From assembly GCA_024137785.1 (NCBI GenBank), contig JAHRHZ010000217.1, positions 14,061,737-14,125,736 on the forward strand: a stretch of 64,000 nucleotides of DNA, given 5' to 3'. Shown one piece after another: positions 33,901-46,242 of the stretch (position 1 is its first letter; each line of letters opens with the position of its first letter). The notes under the pieces are model-generated. The model was not told where the DNA came from, searched no databases, and was given only the letters and a program-made list of their open reading frames with translations. Both the position numbers and the translations under genes were made by a program. The stretch comes from Ginglymostoma cirratum (taxonomy: Eukaryota).

Positions 33901-35717
33901 TAAATGACTAGATTGTTAGTTACAGTAGTGGCTCCTTCTCACTCAGTGTCATTTAGTGCAATGCAAAATTTCTATTAGAATGCAACTGATTCTGCCTGTA
34001 ACATTAATTCAACTGATCATTTCCTCTGCAGTTAAATGAAGATCTTGTACCAGGAATTGCAAAGGAATACAAGAAATTGTATAAATTTTATAACTGGACA
34101 TCAAAATCTTGCATGCAATTGATGGTTTCTAACTTATGTACAATAAATAGTTTTATTTTATTGCAGATTGTAATGAAAGGCTAAAACTGCATTCAGAAAT
34201 TGCAACACCAGTGCCAGAGATGGGTAGGATTAGGAAGTGACTAGTTTCTAGGAATTTGCATTGTTTGCAGTCTGCAAATACCTACTGACCCCTTTTGACC
34301 TGAATTTCCAAACTAGTCCACTTGTGACAAGACTGCTGCTTTCAACAGATTGAATGCAGGAGGACTTAGATTGGTTTGCTGGTCCTTGGACATAAGTGAT
34401 ATGGCCTTTGGCACTGCACTCCTCTTAAGATTCAACTGTGGCTCTTGCTGATGTTGTGGATTTTCCGGTTTTTCTGACTCTTTCCGCCCTTGAGCAAAAC
34501 TCCCACCAGGATATGGAAGGATCTACCGGCTGACAGACTTTAGCAAAAGACCACCGCTGAAACACGAGGCTCAAGTAAACAAGACAGCAGAAGGTGGGAA
34601 GGACAACACAGTCCTGTGTCTTTGATGTACTTTCAAACATTTTGCTTGACCCAAGGCAAAATGGATGTGAAATTAGTCAAAAGGAAAAGGAAGCTTGGGT
34701 TTTACTAACCCACTGTCCATGGATAGTACAACGTAATAGCATCAAATCTTTAGAATGGCACATGTATGGACAATATGATCTTCAAGGTACTTTCCACTTT
34801 TGTCAAAGTAAAATGGGCAATATCATATCAGCTACAAGTTATAAAGTTCCAGTGATTTAAAGGAAATTTTGGATACAGATATAATGGGCAGCCATCTGGT
34901 ATTGCCCCCAATATAAATTTACCAAGAATTATAATTAAACTCCAATCTCTACTGACAATAAATCTTTGGAAAATAAAAAATGAACACTGAAGTGTTTTCC
35001 TGGCATACCTTTGGTGAATTATTTTTAAATAAATGTGCTCCTACATCACCTAAAATCAGACCCGGTTTCAGGTGGGGTAATGGAGGGTGGGTTGGCTTAT
35101 GCACCGATGCCCTTGGCACTAAAGAAAAAAGAAATGGGCCCATTTTGCTGAGTTGCTGATTTGAAGTGGACAATAATTTAGCCAGAGGATAGTGGTAGTG
35201 AGGGGAACCCAGGTGTGTTCTTTCTTAATGGGAAGATGAGAAAAAGGCTGAAGAGTTTATTAATCTGAGCCACTCTATTAGCTGTCCTAGCAATTGACTC
35301 AAAAGGCATGTCTGGGTGAGTCCAGCGTTCAGTGACTTGAGAACCTTCTCAGTCACTTCGATGGTGTGGAAGTATGACCAAAAGCAAGGATGGGATCAAA
35401 GCAATGTAGTTGTTAAAAATACATGTCTGTCTGAGGTTCTAGCAGTTCTGAAATCAGTGTTTTACTCACAACTAGTGTCAAGACTTGCAGATGCAATTAA
35501 AAATTGCTTGTCAAGCTTCCCATGGAGAACTGTGAAGTTCACTGAAATGGTGTTACTCGATGAGCTCATTGGAAAGCTTCCACCTTGTGGGTGTCAGGTG
35601 TAAACAAGACCACTCACCATCTGGAAGGTGAGGCTTCCAGGAGAGTCTGAAGTTCGGGTTTGCAATGTTTCTTGCTGAAGGTTGTCTCTGACACAGCGTT
35701 AACACATTCATGGGTAA

Positions 35718-35880
35718 ACAACAAAATTTGCAGTCAGAAAGCACCTTTAACAAAGTAAAATTATCTGAAGGCATCTCAATAGGAGTCAGACTAAAACAAA
35801 AACTTGACAGTGTGCCACATTAAAAAAAAAATATGAGGAACAGGTAATCAAAAGCCTGGTTAAAAAGTGAAGTTGTAGGA
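35718..35880 (-). mobile_element. L2-like 3' tail
   Basis: caacaaaatttgca...agcacctttaac...aaacttgacagtgtgccacat...aaaagcctggttaaaaa is colinear with the 30225 copy. Confidence 0.55.
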
Positions 35881-36747
35881 TTGACACACTTTCATGCTGT
35901 TTACACAGGAGCTCCAAAGGTTCAAGAACAGCATTTGAGAGTACTGCACAACTCTTACACTCCAATCACTGGCATCATCTCCAATTTCTTTTCCTACACT
36001 CATTGTCTCTATTTCTAGTTTACCTTTCACAGTATAATAATGATGATCACTTGCAACATATGCCAATATGGTTGAGTATAAAGATACTTTTGTGATTTAG
36101 TTTATTGCAAGACTAGGCTATAATAGTCACTCAGAAGGAAACTAATTAAAGGAACACGTAAAGGACATTGAAAATAGAGGTTCTTTGATGTGCCTCAAGA
36201 CTGTACTTTGAACTTTGTCATAAGGACACAGTCATAGCTGCAAGAAGAATAAAGGTAAAACTCATATCCCAGATTCCTGTCCAGAATCTACTGCAATGTC
36301 TAGCAATGCAAATTCTGAACCTAAACTGGATCACAGCTCCCTTGTGGGTGCTTTCCAGTCATGGCATTGGACTCAGGACCATAATGTATATGGGACTTAT
36401 ACCCACATAGCTTGAACCTACCAATCCAGATTGGTATTAGAATCTGTCCAATTACACACACCCACTTTTCAGTAAATTTTTACTTCATTATGTCTTCTAG
36501 GTCTTTAGATTGTTCTTGCAAGTTGCATGACAAGGCGACCAGGGTGCATGTACATGCATGCATATACAGAATGCATGGCATGGTGTGGAGCAGTACATGA
36601 TATAATGTATAGGATGCATAGCATGGTGGGGTGCAGTGAGTAGACTGCATTATGGAGAAAACATGAAATGTTGCAGGGTTTGGGACATTATATAGGGCAG
36701 ATTGAAGATGCTGGGAGCATTTCTAGCAGTGCAAAGCTGGGTAAGCA

Positions 36748-37085
36748 GAGATAATAGAGTCCCTACAATGTGGAAACAGGCTATTCAGCCTATCAAGTCA
36801 CACAGCCCTCCAAACAGCATTCCACCCAGACACACCCCTACCCTATCCCTGTATTTTACATGGATAACCACCTAGTCTGCACATCCTGGAGATTATGGGC
36901 AATATAGCATGGCCAATCCACCTAACCTGCACATCTTTTGACTGTGGAAGGATACTAGAGCACCCAGAGGAAACCCACGCAAACACAGGAGAATGTGCAA
37001 ACTCCAGACAGACAGTTGCCCAATGCTGGAATTGAACCTGGGTCTCAAGTGCTGTCAGGCAGCTGTGCTAACCAGTGAGCCACCC
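36748..37085 (-). mobile_element. HE1-type V-SINE
   Basis: ccctacaatgtggaaacaggc...ggccaatccacctaacctgcacatc...gaatgtgcaaactcc...tgctaaccagtgagccac. Confidence 0.93.
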
Positions 37086-37199
37086 AGCAAACGCAAGGCT
37101 TTTGATAATGGTGACACTATGGCTTCTTTATCTGGGAAGTCAATGATGGGGGAAATCATTAAGCAATTGCCACCCTCACCCTAACAGCAAGAACTGGGT

Positions 37200-37413
37200 A
37201 GGAGAATATATCTTTCTCCTCAACGTGTTGGAATGATTTGCATAAGGGAGGCACAGATCTTTGAAATTTCTAAAGAATCTCGAATAAGGAGAAGACAAAG
37301 TTATGGGAAGAGAACGGAGCCTAAGGAATCAGCTTTAAATTGCCCCAGCAAAGTGCCAGTACAGACACAAAAGGCCAAGTGGCCACCTTCCATGTTGTAT
37401 GCCTCAATAGTTC
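37200..37413 (+). mobile_element. Degraded CR1-like 3' tail
   Basis: agttatgggaagagaacggag...gccagtacagacacaaaaggccaagtggccaccttc. Confidence 0.5.
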
Positions 37414-38040
37414 GTTCGAGTGTTCATTTGCTCACCAAGAGTCATTGGGTTTAGCTAGCACACTAGGGCTAGTTTCCTAAAGGTAATTGCTCACCTATCT
37501 TCTCATTAGTTTCTTCATTGTTTGAACCAGTACCTGGAAAAATGAGCATAGTTGCTGATGCAATCCCTTGATCCTCAGGTTTTTGATTATACAGAAGTAC
37601 AAAGTAAAGCCAAACAAATGCCTGTCACTGAGTTTATCCTAAACTTGGAACAGGGATGAAAATTTCCTCCAGAATCTGATGACAAAGGCTTAAGAGTGAT
37701 CTTGGCCAGTTGCAACCCAGTTCCTTAATGGAAGAGAACGCAACAAATAAAGATGTCACAATGAAATGAAATATTGATGCGCAATTGGCAACTCCATTGG
37801 AAGAATGGCTCATTGGGTAAATAGATAAATTCACAATGGAACTACAAGGAACAGCTGTCTTGAGGTTTGGGATTTGAGACCCAATTACTGGGAGCATGTA
37901 GAGTTCCATTTCAGGTTCTGCTTCACACAAATGGTAAAATCATCCAATGTCAACACCTTTATCTTCAACATGGAAAAACAAGTTTAAAGGTCTGCTTAGA
38001 GCAATTAAATGACCAGTCACAAAGCAACAGTCATCCTACA

Positions 38041-38140
38041 TCAGATATGACAAGGTGTACGGCTGGATGAACACAGCAGACCAAGCAGCATCAGAGGAGC
38101 AGGAAGGCTGATGTTTCGGGCCTAGACCATTCTTCAGAAA
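38041..38140 (-). mobile_element. Single arm of the fold-back family
   Basis: Near-identical to the 33737 arm. Minus strand reads ctgaagaatggtctaggcccgaaacatc. Confidence 0.85.
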
Positions 38141-38878
38141 TGCAATTCTGTATCATTCGATATTACTGGCCCATTGCAATATAGCAGTTTTGATGATGTT
38201 GGTTTTCAAATCTGCTGGGAGAGGTCATATGCACGATCCAGGGTGAGACTGTGCTCAACATTAAACTGTGCTGCTGTCTGAGATACACCAGGAAGGTTTA
38301 TGCTTGAAAGAACAAGATCAGAAATATGGCGAGGGGTTTTGCTAGGATTTGCTAATGAGGTGAAACTCAACATGAGGAAATGCAATATTGACATCCACTC
38401 CCTGGAGACCATCACCTTAGACTGAATCACTGGAAGGTAGAGTCTGGGAAGGATCCCCGAGGTTTGAGACTCAACAAAAACAAAATGAAGTGCGGAAAAT
38501 AGAACAAACCACGTCCTGAATAATAATACATGATTGGATGTTCCACACAACAATAAATGTCCTATATGGTTTAGAATTTCTAGATCCTGAATCTGTCTCA
38601 TCAGCCGTCTCTGAATTTGAGGCAGAAACTCATCCTCTTCTGCAAGGACTAGCCAATAGATAGGAAGAAACTGGCAGAAGGGTCTTTTACTAGACCACGC
38701 AGCTAATTGACTGGCAGGAAAGGAGGGAGTGGGTGGTATTGAGCAGTTATCTCCCTGCTGCGTTGAGGTGGATGCCCAAAAGACAAGCAAATTCAGTTGT
38801 AATTTTCTGAAAGGAGTTATATATCATCATCAAAAAGATCATAGTGCTGTGTTAAAAAGCAGGGGAGTGGAGGCTAAT

Positions 38879-39220
38879 GGGGAGGAGATGGCATAGTAGT
38901 AGAGTCATTGGACGAATATCCAGAGAGCCAGAAAATGTTCTGGGGAGCCAGGTTCAAATTCTCTCATGGCAGATAATGAAATTGAAACTCCATTTTAATA
39001 AAAAAAATCTGTAATTAAGTGTCTAACGATGGCCATTGTCAATTGTCAGGAGAAACCCAAACATGTTCACTGATGTACTTTAAGGAAGGTAACTGCCATC
39101 TTTACCTCGTCAGGCCTACACGGGCCCACAGCAATGCAAACCCTCTGAGCAATTAGAGATGAGCAATAAATGCTGGCCCAGACAGTGATGCCCACATTCC
39201 ATGAATGAATAAACAAAAAT
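38879..39220 (+). mobile_element. tRNA-derived SINE family C inside a CR1 tail remnant
   Basis: ggggaggagatggcatagtagta...aggttcaaatt...gcaataaatgctggccc...catgaatgaataaa. Confidence 0.85.
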
Positions 39221-41141
39221 TAGGTAGCTCTGTTCTCTGCCAGTACAGGAATGATGGACCTCCTTCTGTGTTTTACAAATCAACTTACTCCTGCATCTTC
39301 AATGGATGGTGCAGTCTAAGTTTGAGTAGCATTTTAGTGGATGATCTCACCGGGTTATTAGATGGTCTTTAAAATACAGGAGAAAACAATCCAAAGTACT
39401 TCAATCATCTGAGAAGCAAATACTTCCATTGCCAATCCCCAACATGGAAGGGCAGCTCATTTTGACGTGTGGACAACAGGAGATTATCTGCAAAGGATGT
39501 CAATAAACTTACAAATTTAAGAAGAAAATGCAGCTAATCCACAGGAAGACTGGGGGTAAACCTTCAGAAGAACAAAAAACTAAAGAAGCCTTCGAACAAA
39601 AGCAAAACAAAAACTAGTATACAGTACTAATCTTGTTTTTTTTCCACAATGTCGCTAAGCTGAGCTAACCTTGAAGTAAGGTCTTATAATTCTTTAATCT
39701 GAGCATATGCATGATGTAAATTCACACTGCCCAATCCTTACTGAAAACCACAACTGCTCTTCAGATAACTTGCTGCCATCAGCATTGTCTAATTGGCTGT
39801 ACGACGCACTTAATTCAAAATGAATAATGAGGTCCCCTCACATCTGGTTCAGTCAAGGGACCACAGTGGGAGCAATGGCAGGTGGGAATTTTAACACACA
39901 GCAGGCCACCTTTCCTTTATTAGATAAAGGGGTTGTGCAGAACTGTTACTTATTAATAGTTTCCCTTCTCACTGGAAGAGTGGGATGGAATGGGATGGGG
40001 AGGGGTTGGGAAGTTGGAAAATTAAAGCTTAATGGTCTTATAGGTGGTAAGCCAGCAATTCTGGCCATTCTGCTGAAGGGCAGGACAGTAGTACTTTCCT
40101 TTCACACTTGATTAAACAAAATGGTCAACATACCTTTGATTGATTTGCATGCAAGATCCTTTATAAGGTATACAATGGAGCTCGGATGAAAACAGGCCTA
40201 TTGTTAATGCTTGCTTTGATCAAATGCCGCAAAAGCTTCTCGTTTTTAACTGCCCTCCGAATCAGTGGGGGCTCAGTCCCTTTAATTGCATCGCAAGTCA
40301 CATCCAGTAATCATTATCGTACAAAGCATGGCAATGTGCTGATCCCGAGCTGCTTGGCTCGCAGGGGGTGTGTAATAATTGACCAACATAAGTGAGCGCA
40401 GTGAGATATTTAAAATAAAACGCAAGGCATGGAGAAAAAGAAATATTTAAAAATTTCCAGGGATCGTGATGGAATCAGCACGAAGGAATGATAGATTAGA
40501 CATCTTTGACAATTACACTGTGTTACTAAATAGTCCCCTTTTTTAGTTAATAGTAAACCTTGAACTGCTGCCTTCTACTTGAGCGGTCAGTTCGATTAAG
40601 ATGAAAACGGCTGCTTTGCTGAACAGCAATACATCTCTCTCCAACGCCAACCCAGCTACTGCTTAAACGAACAACTTTACTCATTTCCTTAATTGATTTT
40701 CTGATTTATTTTAAAATCCATGCTCCACTCCGGCGCGCTTCCGTTGAGGAAATGTACCAGGTCCTGTGTCATCTCGCTCAATACCCAGGATCACATTCCT
40801 TTGCAGTCAATTTGCGACCTGGAGAGATTCATTAAGTTGCCTCTGGCAAGAGAGAGTGCGGCAGAATCGATGAGTCGTTATGCAGCGAAGCTGCCACATG
40901 TTAAAACAATCTGCAGATGTTTGCAATCGGGACAATTACTGTAAGGAGTAAACTGGCTGAAAAGCTCTTACTGCGCTGGTTTCTACTTGGCGCACAGCCG
41001 GCAGTGCCAAAGTCTGGCGGTCAATGCGCTGCGTGAAATGCAGATCTCTGAGCGAGAATGCAAAAGTTTCTTTTTAACCCACTTGCGAGCACCGTGGACG
41101 CTTTTGCCCATGCACTCGCGTGGGCCTTCTGTTTCACTGCA

Positions 41142-41444
41142 GGGCAGCACGGTGGTTAGCACTGCTGCCCTACAGCGTCAGCGTCACAGGTTCGATTCTA
41201 CCCTTGGGTGGCTGATTGTGTACAGTTTTTCCCCGTCTCTGCCTGGTGTTCTGGTTTCCTTCCACAGTCCAAAAATGTGCAAGTTAGGACGCTCAATTGC
41301 CGCATAGTATCAAGGGAAGTGCAGGTTAGATCGATAAGCCATGATAAATGCTGGGTTAAGAAGCAGGGGTAGGATGCTCTTTAGAGGGTTGTTGCAGACT
41401 CAATGGGCTGAATGGCCTCCTTCAGCTCCATAAGAATTCTTTGA
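41142..41444 (+). mobile_element. HE1-type V-SINE, diverged
   Basis: gggcagcacggtggttagcactgctgcc, ggttcgattc, cacagtccaaaaatgtgc, gggctgaatggcctcc. Confidence 0.9.
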
Positions 41445-41939
41445 CTTCATGCTCTCTACTCAGAGGATGGGGAAGGTGGATCTCACTGCCACCTGGACTG
41501 GGTGAGGTGTGTACCATTGTTGTATTTGGCAAGTCAGATATGGATAAGTAGAAAAAAAAGGAGATGGTGAAGTGAGGGACACACAAACTAACATAGAAGA
41601 TTGGACAGAAGGGCCCGATTTGGTGTAAATTCCTACACAAAATTGTGGCATGTCATGAGAATTAAGTATCTGCATCTTCCTTCTTCCAGAATTCCTCTTA
41701 ACAGGTCACCCACCAGTTACCATCACTAACTTTACTTACTTCTTAATGGTTATCAGAGTATGTAAGTAGCCCTGATAAGATACAATGCAAATGACAAAAG
41801 GCTGCCTTGCATAATTATCCTATAATAATTGAGAACAGTTGTCCATAGTATATTCCATTTAAAGGTAACAGTTCTGATTCTCCACCTCTGTTGTCAGGTG
41901 AATGGATGGCAGGCTGTTCAATTCATGACAAGCTTTTGT

Positions 41940-42313
41940 TATTATTGTTGTGCTTGTAGGGAATGTGGACTTTGTTGGCAAAGCCAGCATTTGTTGCCTG
42001 TCTGTTGAACTGAATGGCTTCCCAGGCCTTTTCAGAGGGTAGTTAATGGTTAACCACAGTGCTATGTATCTGGAGTCACATGTAGACCTGACCAAGTAAG
42101 GATGGAGGCATTCCCTCCCTAAAGGATGTTAGTGGACCAGATTTTTTTTTGGTTTATGATAATTGACATGGTCACCATTAGACCAGCTTTTCATTCCAGG
42201 TTTTATTGCATTAGGATTTCACCATCTGCCATAGAGGGATTTGAACCAAATAGAACATTTTGGCTGAGATTCTGGATTACTAGTGCAGTGACATGATCAC
42301 TATGCCACTCGCC
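41940..42313 (-). mobile_element. tRNA-derived SINE family C, older subfamily
   Basis: gccagcatttgttgcc...tctggagtcacatgtag...caccatctgcc...ggattactagt. Confidence 0.8.
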
Positions 42314-42411
42314 AACCCCCCACCCCCAAGATCATCCTGAACTCAACTCCTGATCACCATGTGGAAAACTGAGTGAGCGTGGCCAGCTCCAAGCTTGCTC
42401 AAATGTTCATC

Positions 42412-42520
42412 ATTATTTTTGTTTAACTTGTTCACACATGTCATGACACACCTGTGGGGCAGGTGAGAACAGAGAGCAGACCTTCTAGCCCAGAGGTAGG
42501 GATACCACCTGTGCATCACC
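42412..42520 (-). mobile_element. Short tRNA-like SINE family F
   Basis: Reverse complement resembles 57005..57100 and 54781..54870 (tatccctacctctggg, ggtgtgtcatgacatgtgtgaacaagtt). Confidence 0.55.
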
Positions 42521-44092
42521 GCTGATTCCTAGGTGTTGATGTGAGATCAGGGACCTAAATTCAAGATGACCTTCCTCTCTAACCCCTCCCTAGCGTGGCA
42601 GGAACTAACTTCGATCAGCTCTCCTTCGCAAATTCCAACAATTAATCTCAAGGAGCTATCTGGTTCAGTTATTATCTGACATGAGGAGAACTAGACTTTA
42701 ACATTTTCAGTGAGTTCCTCCATCACATCAGTAAATGCAATGTGGTTGAATACTTTAATTCAATGTGACAAAAATTGGGACAAGACTAACTATCATGGCA
42801 CATGGTGACCACTTTTTTTTTCTTCCTCTGTACTAAGTAATTAGAGAATGACATTGATATTTCTGCTTAATGGCACCATTTCCTGAATAACATCTTCATC
42901 CACCTAAAGGATTACAAATGGGATGATCTGCTGTATTATTACCAGGCTGTTAAATTTGCAGGCACTTCCTATCAATAATAGACAGAGGGATCACTCGCCT
43001 CACCACTTTGTTTCTGCCCTTTTCAAAGCAAAGTTCCCGTTTTGTACTGCTTCCTCTCCACATGTTATTAGTAAACATGTTATTTGGTTTGATGCAAAAC
43101 CTGGAAAACAATGAGAGCAGAAGGCAGGCCTAATCCATCAATTAGTGTCAGGAAATAATTGCACGCTGTACCTGGACTCCACTACCCCCTTCACCTGCCC
43201 CAACAATCCCTGTATTTGAAGAGGGGAGGAGTTGGGGGGGGGGGTGTGATTTGGTGTGAGGAATGCCCACAATCATTGACCCATGACTTGCAAGTGTTTG
43301 ACCAGCCCATTAGATCCATTCAAAACTTACTTACAAGGACATAGCCCTGAGGCACAAAGTGTAAGGGCACATTGATACAGTTGACCCCTGGGGTTAACCT
43401 GTTCAAAATACTTTTTCAAAGACAAATATGGCAATGTCCCAGGGCAAATCTCACTTCCAGAAATGTCAAAGAATAATTCCCCGTTCTTGCCTACCCACCT
43501 CCGTTCTGGCTTAAGAAAATATTAAGCTAATCACTTGGCTATCTTGGTCAGAATTGAAGTCGTGCGCTTCACAGGTAATTGAGACCATGGCATTTAAATA
43601 AGTGTGCCAGAGAGTAAATGTACCCCAAGGGATTATTCACCTGCAAATCAAAAGATATTATAATGAAAGCATTTTTAAATGTACAGCTCTGAAAGTCAAT
43701 TTGCACAAGGATTAGATTCACTGTTTTGGGGAATTTGCATGGTTTGCATCGTGATATAAAATCCTTAAATTCCTGGCTGTGCAGTATAGATGATACCAAA
43801 ATCACAGGGTCACAGTGTGGCAATGTGTGCTGCTCCCCTGGATACACTAAGTAATTTTATTCTCATTCCCTGACAATATACAGCATTTCCTGTTTGCAAA
43901 TGCTACTGGGCATCTGCTGCTGCAAAATCACAACCTTGCTGACAGTGAGGCATAAGAGAATGTAATTACTGGCTATTTACTGTTATCCAAACATTATGTG
44001 CTCAGATAGGAGCACTCAGCTACAAGTGGAAAATTGATGCTCAGATTTGATGGAACATGCAAATTTCTGTTTGTGGACTGGTGCACGATAAC

Positions 44093-44424
44093 GTGGGTTG
44101 CAAGCCCTCAAGGGTTGTTCTGAGGTTTCCAGGAATTAAAGATCAATCTCCCGGGTACAACTCCAAGCAACGCCAGGGATAAAAAGAAATGTCATCAGGG
44201 ACATTTTGCCAACTTTCTTTGAATACTATCTTTCGTCAAACTATCAAAGGGGCGGGTGGGAAATGGTGACTTGACTGGCAGCCGTGATTCAGCCAACTGC
44301 GTAATGTTGAGCCAACTAAAGGTAGTGAGAAAGGGTTGGGAATGGGAGAGAATAGCACAGTTGGAGATTTAAGGTCAGACATTGAAACCTCCAGGAATAT
44401 GTCCAGACAGCATCGATAACCCTT
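44093..44424. mobile_element. Putative non-autonomous hAT-like element
   Basis: Ends gggttgcaa ... gataaccct resemble the TAGGGTTGCCA-type TIR, with internal tccaggaat repeats. No 8-bp TSD visible. Confidence 0.4.
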
Positions 44425-45989
44425 ACAAATTATAGAAAAATGAGATCTGAAGAGACCATGGGCCGAAATATGATCCCACCCAAAAAACCTCCCAAAGGAA
44501 CGATGCAAATCCTATGGTCTCTGGGTTGGTCAATACACTCCAAGCATTTTTGTGTGTGTAAACCAATGTAGCGTGTGTCAGAGCTATTGAAACCAGTTTT
44601 TATTAACTCTAACTCAAGTCTATCAATTGCATTGAGTTCTCCAGCCAGTTGGGGTTCCTTTATTGTACACATGATACTAACAAATCCCTAGGCTTTTCAA
44701 GAATGGTACTCGTGTTAAATGTTTTCTTAACCTTGGGCACTCGATCTCTGTCCAAAGGGACCAGATTGATCCCAACTGGTTCAATGCCCGAATTGCTTGA
44801 ATACGTAATCCACACTGGAGAGGGCAAGGGGTGAAGAATGCTCCCTAGCAAATCCTGAATACTCTTATCTAAGTCAAAGAGCTTATTATTACTACAATGC
44901 TGCTCGGGATTAAACCAGTGTTCCACCCTTCCACCATAAGTGAGAGCTCTCAAACTCATTGTTAGCTCATAGTACATGCTTCGAATTTACAGCCATTTGG
45001 CCCAAATGGTGCATGTCAGCATTCATATACTTCACCCCCATTTCCTCCCATTCCTATTCATTGAAGCCCATTCGGCTTCTTTTCTTCAAGCAGCAGTCAG
45101 AACCAGGGGAGGCCATCGACAGGCAGACAGTCCTCTCAGAGCAAAGATAAATATACACTCAAGCAACTGTTGAGGTGTACAAAGAGAATCACATTGGATG
45201 TTGGTGCGTTGGGGAAAGAAGTCAGAGAAATGACAAATGAGCACCGATTAATAGACCTCCTTGACATCTAGGTGCATGTCTCCTTAGTCCGCTGAGGTAT
45301 CAATCATTTAGTACGCACAGCATCTGCTAACATACTTAAGAGTGTGAGCTCCAAAGCGTTCCAGTTGAAACTTTGTAGTCCCACAACAAAAAGAGCAAGC
45401 AATAAAGTGAAATATGACAGCCAGAGGTCTCTCTGCTCTAATTTTCCTCTATACAGTTATCTTTATCAAGGCTATTCAGATTTGATGATTGTAGTTTATA
45501 AATAGCTCCAAATAAAACGATGATGAATTGAGCCTAAACCGTTTTGGCCACTAATGCCACCAGCTCTGGAACAAGTCCTTGACATCTAATTCTAGTGACC
45601 CCCACACAGATCAAGCCTCACAGGGCAGTTGGACTCACTTTGCTGTCAAGCCTTTGTTCCCATAATGGCTGATAAATGAAGAGATCCAAACTGCAGTATT
45701 AACAATGTTGGGTAAAAGAAAATCCTTGCTGGATAGAATAGAATGTGATGAAATGCAGTTATGGCATATTCTGTAATTCCTTTGTATTCTGCTGGACCTT
45801 ACACAGTACAGACAATCAGCCTTTCTTGGGAGCTCAGAGATGGATGCAAACACAGCACTCAACATGTGATTGAGAAGAGAGAAGTGACAGGTTACCTAAT
45901 TGCAGAGAAACCTTCAGCAGCCCGAGACTCCATCAAGTAAACAAGAACATTCTTCAAGGACAAAGCACAAATGCATACTTCATCAACTA

Positions 45990-46242
45990 CTTGCTTCAGA
46001 AAGAAGGCTAAGGGGAGACCTAATGCTTAGAGCTATGAAGGAGTATGGGTAGAGCAAACAAGGGTAAACCATTTCCTCTGTCAAATGACATGATAACCAG
46101 AGGTCACAGATTCAAAATAATTGCTAAAAGGGTCGAAAGAGAAATTAGAGATTTTCTTAATACACAGAGATTAAACATTAAGATCGGGAATGTTTTAATG
46201 TTTTATCTGAAAGGGTTGTGGAACCAGATTCCAGTTGAAACA
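45990..46242 (+). mobile_element. Degraded CR1-like ORF2 C-terminus
   Basis: agaaggctaaggggagacctaat (RRLRGDL) and TRGHRFKII. Confidence 0.75.

Noticed and set aside
38206-38790. Longest ORF in the window (194 aa, minus)
   Set aside because: Non-ATG start, no recognisable domain, no convincing splice sites; this length can occur by chance.
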